Positions 19,204-29,720 are shown, counted from the first letter of the stretch. The stretch is DNA of 64,000 bases from Gammaproteobacteria bacterium (GCA_965221695.1 OZ244905.1:672001-736000); one strand, 5' to 3'. Notes: generated by a model from the sequence alone, not told the origin. Numbers and translations are program-made.

Positions 19204-19349
19204 GTTGCCCGACTTTTTCCTGTACTGCGGAAAAGTTCAACCGCCCACTATATTCAGAAAATGTTCGCCGGTTTCAGCATTTTTTCCGAATATATTATCA
19301 TTATGTAACATCTCAGGTGATTTGGACACAGGTATTCCGGGTACTGTTT

Positions 19350-20924
19350 ATGAGAGGGAGATATGACGCAATCATTGTGGGCGCCGGCCATAACGGCTTG
19401 ACCTGCGGCGCTTACCTGGCCAAAGCCGGGTTGAAGACACTGGTCCTTGAGCATCGCCATGTTATTGGCGGCGCTGCCGTAACGGAAGAGTTTTCGCCGG
19501 GTTTTCGGGCCTCCACCTTCGCTTTTATCATGGGGCATTTGCATCCCAAGGTAATCAAGGATCTGGAGTTGCGCAAATTCGGCCTGGAACATGTCGTAGT
19601 CGACAATATCATCAACCCCACCGAAGACGGTGATTCTATTGTATTCACCAAGGACCCGAAGAAAACCCTGGCGCAAATTGCGCGTTTTTCAAAAAAAGAC
19701 GCTGAAAATTACCCGAAATTTTTTGAATCATTATCCGGCAGTATCAGGTTGCTACGGAAACTGCAACTGGAGACTCCTGTCGACCCTACCCGCACGGACT
19801 TCAGGTCCCGGCTGAAGATGGCGAACTTTCTCTGGCGTTACCGGCATACCGGCAAGGAACTCATCAATATCATTGATGCCTTGTCCATGAGCGCCCATGA
19901 CTATGTTTCCCGCTGGTTCGAAACAGACATCGTCAAGGCCAAGTTCATGTACTGGGCTACGATCGGGGGCACTGTGGGCCCTTTCTCGCCGGGTACCGCC
20001 TTCTACCTGGTTGCGCACCTGGTTGGCCAGACCGGGATGAGTTTTGCGCGCGGCGGAATGGGTCGCATCTCCGATGCCATTGCCGCTTCGGGCATGAGTC
20101 ACGGGATGGAAGTCAGGGTGTCTTCACCGGTTGAAAATATCCTGCTCAGCAACGGGCGGGCCAGCGGGGTGAGACTGGCTGACGGAGAAGAAGTCCAGGC
20201 AAAACTTGTCGTATCCAATGCCAATGCAAAAGCCACCTTCGGCGGCCTGGTTGGAGAAGAGCAACTGCCTGAAGAATTCATGCAACGCATCAACCGTTAT
20301 CGCACCCGCGGCAAGTCATTCAAACTGCTGTGCGCGGTCGACCGCTTGCCGCAATATACCGGATTCAGCAGGGAAAAAACGGGAGTTGACTATCCGGCTT
20401 ATGCGCATATAGGACCGACGCCGGAATACCTGGAACGCGCGTTTGATGAAGCGAAATACGGCTGGTATTCTTCCAGGCCGTTTCTCTCGCCGATCGTTCC
20501 CAGTTATTATGACGGCAGTTTGTGCCCGCAGGGAAAACACGTGGTTTCCCTCTATGGTGGCGTTGCGTCTTATGCGCTGAAGGGCGCCACCTGGGATGAA
20601 GAGCGACCGAAGCTCACAAAAGCGGCGCTGGATGTCATGGACCGGTTTGCGCCGGGTTTCTCCTCATCGGTACTGGACCTGAAACTGCTGTTGCCCGCGG
20701 ATTTCGAAGAAACGCTGGGCATGCCGGGGGGCAATACCCTGCATGGTGAGATGGCGCTGGACCAGATGTTTTTCCTGCGTCCGGCGCCCGGGTATGCCGA
20801 CTACCGCTCGCCAATCCGAGGGCTTTACCAATGCGGCGCTTCCACGCATCCGGGCGGCGCCGTCTCCGCCGTACCCGGACATAATGCGGCCAGGGAAATC
20901 CTGAGAGACTGGAAAAAACTGTAA
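19350..20924 (+). CDS. Phytoene desaturase-family (PYROXD2-like) FAD oxidoreductase, copy 1
   Basis: YDAIIVGAGHNGL, GGAAVTEE, GGMGRISDA, LYQCGASTHPGG; likely start at ATG 19350. Confidence 0.88.
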   Translation: MRGRYDAIIVGAGHNGLTCGAYLAKAGLKTLVLEHRHVIGGAAVTEEFSPGFRASTFAFIMGHLHPKVIKDLELRKFGLEHVVVDNIINPTEDGDSIVFTKDPKKTLAQIARFSKKDAENYPKFFESLSGSIRLLRKLQLETPVDPTRTDFRSRLKMANFLWRYRHTGKELINIIDALSMSAHDYVSRWFETDIVKAKFMYWATIGGTVGPFSPGTAFYLVAHLVGQTGMSFARGGMGRISDAIAASGMSHGMEVRVSSPVENILLSNGRASGVRLADGEEVQAKLVVSNANAKATFGGLVGEEQLPEEFMQRINRYRTRGKSFKLLCAVDRLPQYTGFSREKTGVDYPAYAHIGPTPEYLERAFDEAKYGWYSSRPFLSPIVPSYYDGSLCPQGKHVVSLYGGVASYALKGATWDEERPKLTKAALDVMDRFAPGFSSSVLDLKLLLPADFEETLGMPGGNTLHGEMALDQMFFLRPAPGYADYRSPIRGLYQCGASTHPGGAVSAVPGHNAAREILRDWKKL

Positions 20925-20933
20925 CCAGACGCT

Positions 20934-22520
20934 ATGAATACCACAAAACAATATGATGCCATTATCGTCGGCGCCGGTCACAACGGCCTGACCTGTGGCG
21001 CCTACCTGGCAAGGGCGGGCCTGAAAACGCTGGTGCTCGAACGCCGCCATGTCATCGGCGGGGCGGCAGTGACGGAAGAATTTTCCCCGGGTTTCCGCGC
21101 CTCAATATTTTCCTACATCATGGGTCATGTCAATCCGAAGGTTATCGCAGATCTTGAGCTGGAAAAATTCGGCCTTGAGCACCTGAAGGTAAAGGATGTC
21201 ATCTATCCACTATATGATAACGACTGCATCGTCTTTACCAGCGACCTGGAACGCAATCTGCAACAGATTGCCCGGTTTTCAAAAAAAGATGCGGAAGCCT
21301 ATCCCGAGTTCTTCCGCTACATGTCCAATTCCATTGAGGTCATGCGTAAGTGGTTACTGGAAACGCCTATCGATCCTGCCGACCGCTCCTGGCGTAAATT
21401 CAAGGAAACCGCCGGCATGCTCTGGCGTTACCGAAAAATCGGCGATGAGTTTTACCGCATTATCGATGCGATGACCATGAGCGCATATGATTATGTGTCA
21501 CAGTGGTTTGAATCAGACGTGGTGAGAGCCGTGCTGTGTTACTGGGCAACCATAGGCTGCAACGTGGGACCAAAGTCGCCCGGCACAGCTTTCAACATCC
21601 TGTTCCACCTGGTGGGTGAGAATGGCATGGGGTTTTGCCGCGGCGGAATGGGCATGATCTCACAGTCCTTGGCCGACTCGGGCAAATGCCATGGAATGGA
21701 AATCAAAACCGGCGTCCCGGTCAGTGAAATACTCGTTGAAAACGGCAGGGCCGTCGGTGTCGTTACCGAAGACGGCAGTGAATATCGCAGCAAACTGGTC
21801 AGTTGCAACGTCTCTGCGAGTCTTACCTTCGGTAAACTGGTAAAGGAAGCACACCTGCCGGACACCTTCATGCGCGAGATCAAACAGTTCCGTAACAAGG
21901 GCAGCGCATTCAAGATTAACCTGGCCGTAGAGCGGGCGCCACAGTACAAGGGGTTTGACCCGGTAGTGGCAGGTGTCGATTACCCTGCCTATGCTCATAT
22001 CGGCCCGACGACGGAGTACCTGGAACGGGCAGCCGATGATGCCAAGTACGGATGGTATTCAGCAAAACCGTTTATATCACCCATCGTGCCCAGCATGATC
22101 GATGACAGCCTGGCGCCGGAAGGCAAACACGTGGTAACACTTTACGGTGGTCATGCGCCCCATGAGTTAAAGGATGCGAAATGGGACGATGAGAGGGATA
22201 GTTTCGTGAGAAATGTTATGGACGTGATGGATGAATTCGCACCGGGTTTTTCATCCTCGATCATCGATATGCAGGTTCTGTTGCCGCCGGATATTGAACG
22301 CATCCTGGGCATTCCGGGCGGCCATGAATTACATGGTGAGGTGGCGCTGGACCAGCTTTTCTTCATGCGTCCGGCGTCAAAATACGCAGATTACCGGTCC
22401 CCGGTGTACGGGCTGTACCAGTGCGGCGCCTCCACCCATCCCGGTGGCGCTGTGTCCGCGGTCCCGGGGCACAATGCCGCGCGGGAAATACTCAAAGACT
22501 GGAAACAGCTCAGGAAGTAA
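20934..22520 (+). CDS. Phytoene desaturase-family (PYROXD2-like) FAD oxidoreductase, copy 2
   Basis: Same motifs as copy 1; close paralog 9 bp downstream. Confidence 0.88.
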   Translation: MNTTKQYDAIIVGAGHNGLTCGAYLARAGLKTLVLERRHVIGGAAVTEEFSPGFRASIFSYIMGHVNPKVIADLELEKFGLEHLKVKDVIYPLYDNDCIVFTSDLERNLQQIARFSKKDAEAYPEFFRYMSNSIEVMRKWLLETPIDPADRSWRKFKETAGMLWRYRKIGDEFYRIIDAMTMSAYDYVSQWFESDVVRAVLCYWATIGCNVGPKSPGTAFNILFHLVGENGMGFCRGGMGMISQSLADSGKCHGMEIKTGVPVSEILVENGRAVGVVTEDGSEYRSKLVSCNVSASLTFGKLVKEAHLPDTFMREIKQFRNKGSAFKINLAVERAPQYKGFDPVVAGVDYPAYAHIGPTTEYLERAADDAKYGWYSAKPFISPIVPSMIDDSLAPEGKHVVTLYGGHAPHELKDAKWDDERDSFVRNVMDVMDEFAPGFSSSIIDMQVLLPPDIERILGIPGGHELHGEVALDQLFFMRPASKYADYRSPVYGLYQCGASTHPGGAVSAVPGHNAAREILKDWKQLRK

Positions 22521-23334
22521 GGAGCTTCCTGACCGCCGGCCAGGCCGCCCTCCCGCCTTCGTCGAGTGCCTTTACCGCACCAGGATTTAACCAGTCGAGT
22601 ATGCCTTTTTGGTAACTTGGCCTGTTCTTCAAGCGCTCATACCAGGAGCTGACATGGGGCCGTTCAGACCACATACCCTGAAAATTCAACATCTCCAGCC
22701 GGGTCATATAAGAAGTGTAGGCAATATCCGCCAGCGAGTAATCGCTGCCACATAACCATTCGGAGCGCATCAACAGGGTCTCGAAGTCATGCAGCAGAAT
22801 ATCCATGTTGTATATCGCGTTTTTGAAGCTCTCCGCCGCCGTACCTTCATGCACCGTTTCCTGTAACCAGCGCTTGCTGTTGGCGTTCATGGAACGATCT
22901 ATTTCCGCATCTATAGCCTGCCTGTCCCGACTGCTGACACGATCCAGCAGTTGCAGTCGGTAGGCAGCGCCATAGGTAATTACCGAGATATCATGATGGA
23001 TACCGTCACTGCCGTTGTCCAAGCGCATGAGCAACAGCCGCATCCGGGCGCACTCATGGGCATGCCGGGGCCGCAAGGGCGGGTCAGCGAAGACATCATC
23101 AAGGTACTCAAGAATTATGTTTGACTCGACGATGACATTACCATCATGCACCAGTGTCGGGACCACTGCCTTGGGGTTCAATTGCAGGTACTCAGGGGCA
23201 AACTGGTCGCCGGCTGACAGGTCCAGAAGTTCCCCATGCCACAACAAGCCCTTCTCAGCCAGGGCAATACGCACCTTGGCCGCGCAAACAGACATGTAAT
23301 GGTGATAGAGTTTAAGCGTCTTGTCGTGTTCCAA
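22510..23334 (-). CDS. Glutathione S-transferase family protein
   Basis: LYHHYMSVCAAKVR, LNPKAVVPTL, ESNIILEYLD, YSLADI. Confidence 0.88.
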   Translation of the reverse strand: MEHDKTLKLYHHYMSVCAAKVRIALAEKGLLWHGELLDLSAGDQFAPEYLQLNPKAVVPTLVHDGNVIVESNIILEYLDDVFADPPLRPRHAHECARMRLLLMRLDNGSDGIHHDISVITYGAAYRLQLLDRVSSRDRQAIDAEIDRSMNANSKRWLQETVHEGTAAESFKNAIYNMDILLHDFETLLMRSEWLCGSDYSLADIAYTSYMTRLEMLNFQGMWSERPHVSSWYERLKNRPSYQKGILDWLNPGAVKALDEGGRAAWPAVRKLLTS

Positions 23335-23349
23335 GCTAAGAAGCCCAGG

Positions 23350-24000
23350 CTAGATATAGTGCTTGATATCGTCGGTTTGAGGTCCAACGGCATACCTGGG
23401 CTCAGGAGGGCGACTGTCATACTCGCCATCGGGACTGGTGAAGCTGATAGTATGGTTAAAATGCCGTTCCAACTCATTATCGACCAGCCCCACAGTGAGT
23501 GACCCGGGAACCGCAACACTGTATTCAATGTCTGCCGCGGTGACGCTGACCATATAACCTTTCGGCAGCGCCGCGCCCAGGCAGCCGAGGCGCTGCAGGA
23601 CTGTTTCAGGCGTCGGAAATCGGTTCAACGGGATGGGATCGGGGTCTGCGCCTTCCCGTTCGGCCGTGAGTTGCAGCCGGGCCAGGCGGCCCTCCAGATA
23701 TTTCAGACGCCAGGCAAACCGAGAGATATGCAGTGACCGGTATTCGTTGACCCTGCATTCGGCGCCGGCGCTCAGTATGATGCCTCCCCCTGCCGCGACC
23801 AGGTAAACAGCAGGACTTACTACGGCGTTTCCATCGAAGACTGGCAGTTCGGGGTTGGTCCGGATCCCGTCCAGTCCCGCTGGATGCATATCCACTGCAC
23901 CCTCCTTCCGGCGCGCCCTGAACAGTCGGTCTACCAATATATCCGGTGTGGTGATATGTTCCGGGCCGTGCACATGTGGCCTGTAAAGATAATGGGACAT
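23350..24000 (-). CDS. Hypothetical protein (weak DUF2848/FAH-fold resemblance)
   Basis: In the operon between the beta-propeller and GST genes; GGAG RBS; C-terminal LVDNELERHFNHTI. Confidence 0.55.
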   Translation of the reverse strand: MSHYLYRPHVHGPEHITTPDILVDRLFRARRKEGAVDMHPAGLDGIRTNPELPVFDGNAVVSPAVYLVAAGGGIILSAGAECRVNEYRSLHISRFAWRLKYLEGRLARLQLTAEREGADPDPIPLNRFPTPETVLQRLGCLGAALPKGYMVSVTAADIEYSVAVPGSLTVGLVDNELERHFNHTISFTSPDGEYDSRPPEPRYAVGPQTDDIKHYI

Positions 24001-24021
24001 AAATTTTGCTCTCCCGTTTGC

Positions 24022-24999
24022 TCAGTCGGAGGCCGGCGCCCAACCGATCATGCGCACTTCACCCAATTCCCGCCGCACCTTCTCCCAGGACTCGCCACCG
24101 TCCTTGCTACGGAAGATCTGGCCGAAAAGGGTACACAGAAAGATGAGATTCGGGTCTGCTGCGTTGGTTCCAATCCACCAGATGGTGCTGTTGACCGGCT
24201 CCGGCACTGGCGCCCTCTCCCAGGTTTCACCCATATCCCGGCTCAGCAGTAACATGCCCGTATCCCCTGACGGCAAATGCCCTACTGACGCGAATATCAC
24301 GCCGCTGCCGTCTTTTTTCAGTTCCAAACAGCGTAGATAGGGCCATGGTGACTGCGGGATGGGAACGTGGCGCCAGGATTGTCCCTCATCCGTGCTTTTG
24401 TGCAGGCCGGCTTCCGTTGAACAGAAAATAGTCCGTTCACCCGGTTTGCCAAGAAAAACCAGGTTATGGGTATCGTTGTCTCGCAGTCCGTCCACCAGGC
24501 GTTCCCAGGTCTCGCCGCGGTCTTTTGAGCGAAATACACCATCGATCTCGATCGTAATCCAAATCGTATCGGTGTCATCCGGATCGAACTGGATCGACGT
24601 CACACGCGTGGTGTTAATAAACCAGCACTCCGTTGCCGCATCAAGCTTGCAGCGGCGCCAGGTTATGCCGTCATCCTCTGACTTGAATATCTCACCCGGC
24701 CGGGTGCCGCAGACAATGAAGCTAGGGTCATCCGGACATCTGGCAACCTGGTGAATCTGCAGATCATCCATGGGTGTAGAAATGTAGTTCCAACGCCCGG
24801 TATCGTCGAGCCATCGATACAGGCCCTGGTCTGTCCCTGCCAGAAATTCACCGGGCCGGTGCGGATGGGCAACCACAGACCAGCAACGCGCCTCATTGTA
24901 TAAACCACCGGTCGGGGTCGGCGGGCGTTTCCAGGTCAAGCCAAGGTCATGGCTGAACCAGACTGCCTGCATGGTTGCGGCAAAAGCTGTCACTTTCAT
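24022..24999 (-). CDS. BNR/Asp-box beta-propeller protein (cytoplasmic)
   Basis: Repeated SxDxGxTW boxes (SHDLGLTW, SEDDGITW, SKDRGETW, STDEGQSW, SRDMGETW, SKDGGESW); no signal peptide. Confidence 0.85.
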   Translation of the reverse strand: MKVTAFAATMQAVWFSHDLGLTWKRPPTPTGGLYNEARCWSVVAHPHRPGEFLAGTDQGLYRWLDDTGRWNYISTPMDDLQIHQVARCPDDPSFIVCGTRPGEIFKSEDDGITWRRCKLDAATECWFINTTRVTSIQFDPDDTDTIWITIEIDGVFRSKDRGETWERLVDGLRDNDTHNLVFLGKPGERTIFCSTEAGLHKSTDEGQSWRHVPIPQSPWPYLRCLELKKDGSGVIFASVGHLPSGDTGMLLLSRDMGETWERAPVPEPVNSTIWWIGTNAADPNLIFLCTLFGQIFRSKDGGESWEKVRRELGEVRMIGWAPASD

Positions 25000-25111
25000 G
25001 GGGTTGTCATCAATGAAAAATGTTCATACACAATAATCATACTGCATCCTGTGCGGGTAGCGTCTTAATAATCGGAAATCAAGCAATCATTAAAAAATAA
25101 CAGGACAAACC

Positions 25112-25163
25112 ATTATCCCATTACAAAAATATCTTTGACTGGATTCTCTAATGGGATTATATT
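25112..25163 (+). promoter_or_regulatory. Sigma70-like promoter bracketed by an inverted repeat
   Basis: TTGACT (25135-25140), 17 bp, TATATT (25158-25163); inverted repeat ATTATCCCATTA (25112-25123) / TAATGGGATTAT (25149-25160). Confidence 0.6.
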
Positions 25164-25190
25164 ACTACGCTTACATTGGAGGAAATACCC

Positions 25191-27395
25191 ATGCGCACAC
25201 ATCTTCTGAAATTAATTGCTCTATCCGTGTTTATCTCCTGGAATTCTGCAGCGCTTTATGCCGCAGAGTTGGAAGAGGTCATAGTAACGGCCCAGAAAAG
25301 GGAGCAAAGCCTGCAGGATGTATCGCTTGCGGTAACGGCTTTCACCCAGGAGGGCATGAGCAGGATCGGCGCCAATAATGTTGAGCGGCTGGACTTGCTG
25401 ACACCGGGTATGGAATGGGGGCAATTTGGTCTCGGCGCCAAGGTTAGTATTCGCGGGCAGGGTGTGGCTAACTTTGAAGCAAATACCGACGGGCCGGTCG
25501 GAACCTTTGTGGATGGCATTTACCTCGGACGCGGCCAACAGGCATGGACGGTATTATCAGACATAGAGCGCGTGGAAGTCTTGCGCGGACCCCAGGGGAC
25601 ACTGTTCGGCCGCAACACGACCGGAGGCAGCATCAATATAGTCAGTAACAAACCGACAAAGGAATTCGACGCCAGCGCCAGCGTGCGGGTTGGGGATTAT
25701 TCATTGTACGAGATCAACGGCATGGTGAATGTGCCCTTGAGTGACACTTTGTCCTCGCGTTTCGTTATCTTTCGCGAGGAACATGATGGTTTCATGGAAA
25801 ACCAACATCCCGGCGGCAATGATTACCTGGATGAGGACATGATTTTCGGCAGGGCCGCGTTCCGTTTTGATAATGATTCCAATCTGATAGTGGATCTGGC
25901 AGTCGATTACTGGGAACAGGACAATAACGGCGCAGCGTTTTCCGGCATCAAGTTTTTTGACCAGGATGAACCGCACGTCAACACCTGGGCATCTGCGCTG
26001 TTGGGGTTGTCAGGCGCTGATCGGGTACCGGCAGATACCGATGAAGACTGGAAGTTTAACGCCGATACGATATCGCGCCAGGATGTCAAATCCTATAGTA
26101 TTGTTGGCGTGGTGCAGTATGAAACTGACTTCGCGACCTTCAAGAGCATCACCGGTTATTCGGACTATGACCAGCTTGCCGGCGGTGAAAGCGATTTCTC
26201 CACTTTTGAACTCGCAGACCTGACGCTGGATACGCAGGCCAAGGTTTTCAGCCAGGAACTTCAATTACAGTCGAACAATGATGACTCACGCCTGAACTGG
26301 CTGTTGGGTCTTTATTATCTTGATGAGGAAATCGACGAGTTGTTCCGCTTTGACTTTGTGCCGGCTGGTTTTGATTTTTCAACGCGCGACGGCAAGGCCA
26401 AGGCTAAATCGTATGCCGGTTTTGGCCATGCGGAATATGACCTGATGGATCAATTGCGCATCATTTTTGGCTTTCGCTACACCATTGATGAGAAAAGTTA
26501 CGACTCAACTGATGTAGCACGCGCCGATAAGCGCGGTACGGTAAGTGGTGACGAAACCTTCGAGGAATTCACCTGGCGAGCCGGATTTGAATACTTTGTC
26601 AATGATGAAACCATGGTCTATTTTAATGCGTCCACCGGCTTCAAGTCGGGTGGTTTCAATCGATTTCAACCACCACCCGGCGGCTCGATCGGCGTAGGCC
26701 TGGGCGATGTGGCGGTGAACTATGACCTGGTTTTTGCCCCCGAAACGATTACCAACTATGAGGGTGGAATAAAAACAGACTGGCTGGGTAATCGCATGCG
26801 GACCAACCTCGCGATATATTACAATGAGATAGAGGACCTGCAGGCTTATGCGTTTGATAACTCCGTGCCCAGTTCGGTAACGACGAATGCCGGCCAAGCC
26901 AGCACTTTTGGCGTGGAATTGGAGAATACGTTCTTCCCTGTGCCCGCAGCGCAGATCTTTGCAATGATCGCCTATATGGATGCGGAATATGATGAATACG
27001 GCGCCTTCAATAATGGCTCGCAAAACATTGACGCTTCCGGCAATACCCGGGAATTGTCGCCAAAATGGAAAACGACTCTCACCGGACGCTATGATATTTC
27101 CCTTGGTGATATGGGTATCCTAAGCCCGTACATCCAGTTCACGTATAAATCCAAGTATTATGTCACTGCGGCAAACGAGTCCAGGTTCGGTCTGGACAGG
27201 CAGGATGGTTACACCCAGACTGATCTGAAATTGCTCTGGTCCTCCAACGATGAGCACTGGGGCGCGGAACTGTATGTGCAAAATATCGAGGATGAGGCGC
27301 CAAAGACAGGGGGATTCCTGGCAACCAATGGATACTGGATTACCTACGGCCCTGAACCAAGAACCGTCGGCGGCAGAGTCTCCTATCGCTTTTGA
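25191..27395 (+). CDS. TonB-dependent receptor
   Basis: Signal peptide, EEVIVTAQKREQ TonB box, RVEVLRGPQGTLFGRN, C-terminal YRF. Confidence 0.93.
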   Translation: MRTHLLKLIALSVFISWNSAALYAAELEEVIVTAQKREQSLQDVSLAVTAFTQEGMSRIGANNVERLDLLTPGMEWGQFGLGAKVSIRGQGVANFEANTDGPVGTFVDGIYLGRGQQAWTVLSDIERVEVLRGPQGTLFGRNTTGGSINIVSNKPTKEFDASASVRVGDYSLYEINGMVNVPLSDTLSSRFVIFREEHDGFMENQHPGGNDYLDEDMIFGRAAFRFDNDSNLIVDLAVDYWEQDNNGAAFSGIKFFDQDEPHVNTWASALLGLSGADRVPADTDEDWKFNADTISRQDVKSYSIVGVVQYETDFATFKSITGYSDYDQLAGGESDFSTFELADLTLDTQAKVFSQELQLQSNNDDSRLNWLLGLYYLDEEIDELFRFDFVPAGFDFSTRDGKAKAKSYAGFGHAEYDLMDQLRIIFGFRYTIDEKSYDSTDVARADKRGTVSGDETFEEFTWRAGFEYFVNDETMVYFNASTGFKSGGFNRFQPPPGGSIGVGLGDVAVNYDLVFAPETITNYEGGIKTDWLGNRMRTNLAIYYNEIEDLQAYAFDNSVPSSVTTNAGQASTFGVELENTFFPVPAAQIFAMIAYMDAEYDEYGAFNNGSQNIDASGNTRELSPKWKTTLTGRYDISLGDMGILSPYIQFTYKSKYYVTAANESRFGLDRQDGYTQTDLKLLWSSNDEHWGAELYVQNIEDEAPKTGGFLATNGYWITYGPEPRTVGGRVSYRF

Positions 27396-27410
27396 GTATC
27401 GGCCTAATAT

Positions 27411-27445
27411 GACGAGCCCCGGTATCTGAAAAACCGGGGTTCGTT
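27411..27445. terminator. Hairpin between convergent genes (bidirectional terminator candidate)
   Basis: gacgagccccggt-atctgaaaa-accggggttcgtt. Confidence 0.65.
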
Positions 27446-28808
27446 AACGCTTGTATATTTCTCTGGCAGTCTCGGAGATCGGGCACACGCCTACGGTGGC
27501 CTTCACTTCGGTCTGTATATGGCGTTCCACCACCGGCTTGTTCGAACCACCGTCCGGCTCGCCCCAGACTATGGTTACTTCCGTTCCCGGCGCCGCAACG
27601 GTCTCATCGACCATCGCAAGGGATATCCAACGGCGGAAATTTGACGTATATACGGGATAGCAGGAAATTCCGACGTTATTGCCATTTTTCGTCACCATGT
27701 CATAGGGATAGGTGGCGTAGTGGGATGCGGGGATATCCATGAATTTATAGCGGTCCCCTTCATTGAACAGTGACGCAAATATACGGATGACATCATCATT
27801 GTTCCACGACAGTGTGACCTTGTGCCGGTGTGGTTGGTCCTTCTTTTCCAACAGCGCATCACGGCCGATGAAGTCATGGTCGAAATTTACGATATGGCCG
27901 TAGCCCAGGTCATAGGGCGTCAGGTAATAATCCTCCACGTTGTCGGACACCATGCTGCCGCCCAGCGAGGCGCTGGCTTCGAAACCGTCAGCCGGCAGCC
28001 ACTCACGGTACGGTTTCATTTTGTCCCCCGAATAGATGGCTGGAAGCTCCGACGGGATCCAGCCCGACTCATGGGCCACCGTCGAGTACGTCCTGGCCCC
28101 GCCGGCGAGCAGGCCAAGGTCCTTGCCTGCCTCGAAAATCGCGGCCCTGATCTCTTCCGCCTGTTCCATCGGACCGAACAGTTCCAGTCCCGGCGCGCCG
28201 GCCATGCCGTGTCTCAGACAACGCACCGGGAGGCCCGCCACCTTGATCTCACCCATATTGAAAAATTTTATCTCGGGCAACGGCCCGCCGTTCGCTATTG
28301 CCAGGATGTCCAGCGCGTTGGGTCCCTGCACCTCAAAACGGTAACCCTTGCGCTGCCCCGTGTTGGTCACACTGCGATGGTCCACATTCACGGTAACATC
28401 ATAGCCCCCGGTCTCGGCATGAAACTGTACCCAGTTGCCGGCATTGGGGCGGTTGACGATATTGATTTTTTCATCTTCCAGGCCAAACAGGATGGAATCG
28501 CCGATAACGTAGCCGTCGTAATTACAGACGACAATCTGTTTCGCCTTGTTACGGCCAAAGTTCTTGAATGTATTGATACCGAGATCGGATACCAGGCGTT
28601 TTACATCGGGGCCTTCCATGTAATGGTCGGTCATATGAAAGGACTGGTCGAAAAAGACTGCCGTGTTGCGCCAGGATTCCTGCTCATCACGCCAGTTGGT
28701 GAATTCGCTCCGAATCGGAAACACATAGGGACCCAGTTGCGCATTACGCAACATGTGAACCGGGTTGCCGTGTTCCAGGATCTTATCTTCGAGTGACTTA
28801 TGAGGCAT
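27444..28808 (-). CDS. ligM: Tetrahydrofolate-dependent aryl O-demethylase (LigM/DesA-like)
   Basis: MLRNAQLGPYVFP...EFTNWRDEQ...FDQSFHM, LRHGMAGAPGLE, RTYS..HESGWIPSELPAIY, WGEPDGG. Confidence 0.8.
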   Translation of the reverse strand: MPHKSLEDKILEHGNPVHMLRNAQLGPYVFPIRSEFTNWRDEQESWRNTAVFFDQSFHMTDHYMEGPDVKRLVSDLGINTFKNFGRNKAKQIVVCNYDGYVIGDSILFGLEDEKINIVNRPNAGNWVQFHAETGGYDVTVNVDHRSVTNTGQRKGYRFEVQGPNALDILAIANGGPLPEIKFFNMGEIKVAGLPVRCLRHGMAGAPGLELFGPMEQAEEIRAAIFEAGKDLGLLAGGARTYSTVAHESGWIPSELPAIYSGDKMKPYREWLPADGFEASASLGGSMVSDNVEDYYLTPYDLGYGHIVNFDHDFIGRDALLEKKDQPHRHKVTLSWNNDDVIRIFASLFNEGDRYKFMDIPASHYATYPYDMVTKNGNNVGISCYPVYTSNFRRWISLAMVDETVAAPGTEVTIVWGEPDGGSNKPVVERHIQTEVKATVGVCPISETAREIYKR

Positions 28809-28829
28809 CTTGTAGTACTCCTGAACCCG

Positions 28830-29501
28830 TTATTTACGCAACATCGCGATCACTTCCTCTGTCGTGCGCACATCCCCGAAACTCTGATAAAACGACGTCA
28901 ACCCGACCAGGTGATCTTCGTCATAGCGCGCCGCGTTGGCATCTATCACCATCACCACCTTATAGTCGAGCATCATCGCATCCCTGGCCGTGGACTCGCT
29001 GCACATATTGGTGGCAGTGCCGACAACGATGAGATTTTCTATGCCCTGCGCCTGCAGACGGTCGTGCAAATCGCTGGAACCCTGGACGAAAGGACTGAAA
29101 CGGGTTTTGTGCGCATGCTCGTCACCCTCCCTGACGTCAAGCTCCGGGTACAATTCATGCTGTTTCGTTCCCTCGGTCAGACCATCCTTGTGATTTTTGC
29201 CCTTTGCCTCGGTAAAAAAGTAGTCGTGATACAGTGACCATTTGCTCGGCGCTTCCAGGCTATCCGCCACCGTCATGACCACCCAGTACACTTTCGCGCC
29301 AACCTGCCGTACCGCATCGGCCAGCTTGTTGATATTGGGCACGATACCTTTTGCCGTATCGACCTCGGCAACATAAAAATTCTGCATATCGATAACCAGT
29401 AACGCGGTCTTTTCGGGATCGAAATGATCGAACACCTCGCGCTTGCCGCGCTTGGCCATGATCCTGTCTATAACGTATTCCGGTATTTCTACCTGGTGCA
29501 T
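28830..29501 (-). CDS. Isochorismatase-family cysteine hydrolase (amidase)
   Basis: VIDMQN, KTRFS, GTATNMCSESTARDA (Asp-Lys-Cys triad). Confidence 0.88.
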   Translation of the reverse strand: MHQVEIPEYVIDRIMAKRGKREVFDHFDPEKTALLVIDMQNFYVAEVDTAKGIVPNINKLADAVRQVGAKVYWVVMTVADSLEAPSKWSLYHDYFFTEAKGKNHKDGLTEGTKQHELYPELDVREGDEHAHKTRFSPFVQGSSDLHDRLQAQGIENLIVVGTATNMCSESTARDAMMLDYKVVMVIDANAARYDEDHLVGLTSFYQSFGDVRTTEEVIAMLRK

Positions 29502-29557
29502 TTAACTGCCTCCGACTGTGAGTTCCACCCGTTGTCAACTCGCTGTTTGAAGTTTAA

Positions 29558-29720
29558 GGAAGCTCTGAACAAGTCCATCCTGGACTTGTCAGAGCACGCA
29601 CAACAAAAATGCGATTTTTGTTGTGCTCTCTAATTCAATGACTGATCGTCATCGAATTTGGCGATACATCCCTGTATCGCAGGAACCTCTGAAATTGCCA
29701 TCCTGGTTTAGAGGGCGCCC
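29558..29720. mobile_element. MITE-like structured repeat, copy 2 (degenerate right end)
   Basis: TTAA|GGAAGCTCTGAACAAGTCCATCCTGGACTTG...GCGATACATCCCTGTATCGCAGGAACCTCTGA. Confidence 0.8.

Noticed and set aside
19350-22520. Carotenoid biosynthesis (crtI)
   Set aside because: No phytoene synthase or GGPP synthase is nearby, and the motifs fit the PYROXD2-like branch.
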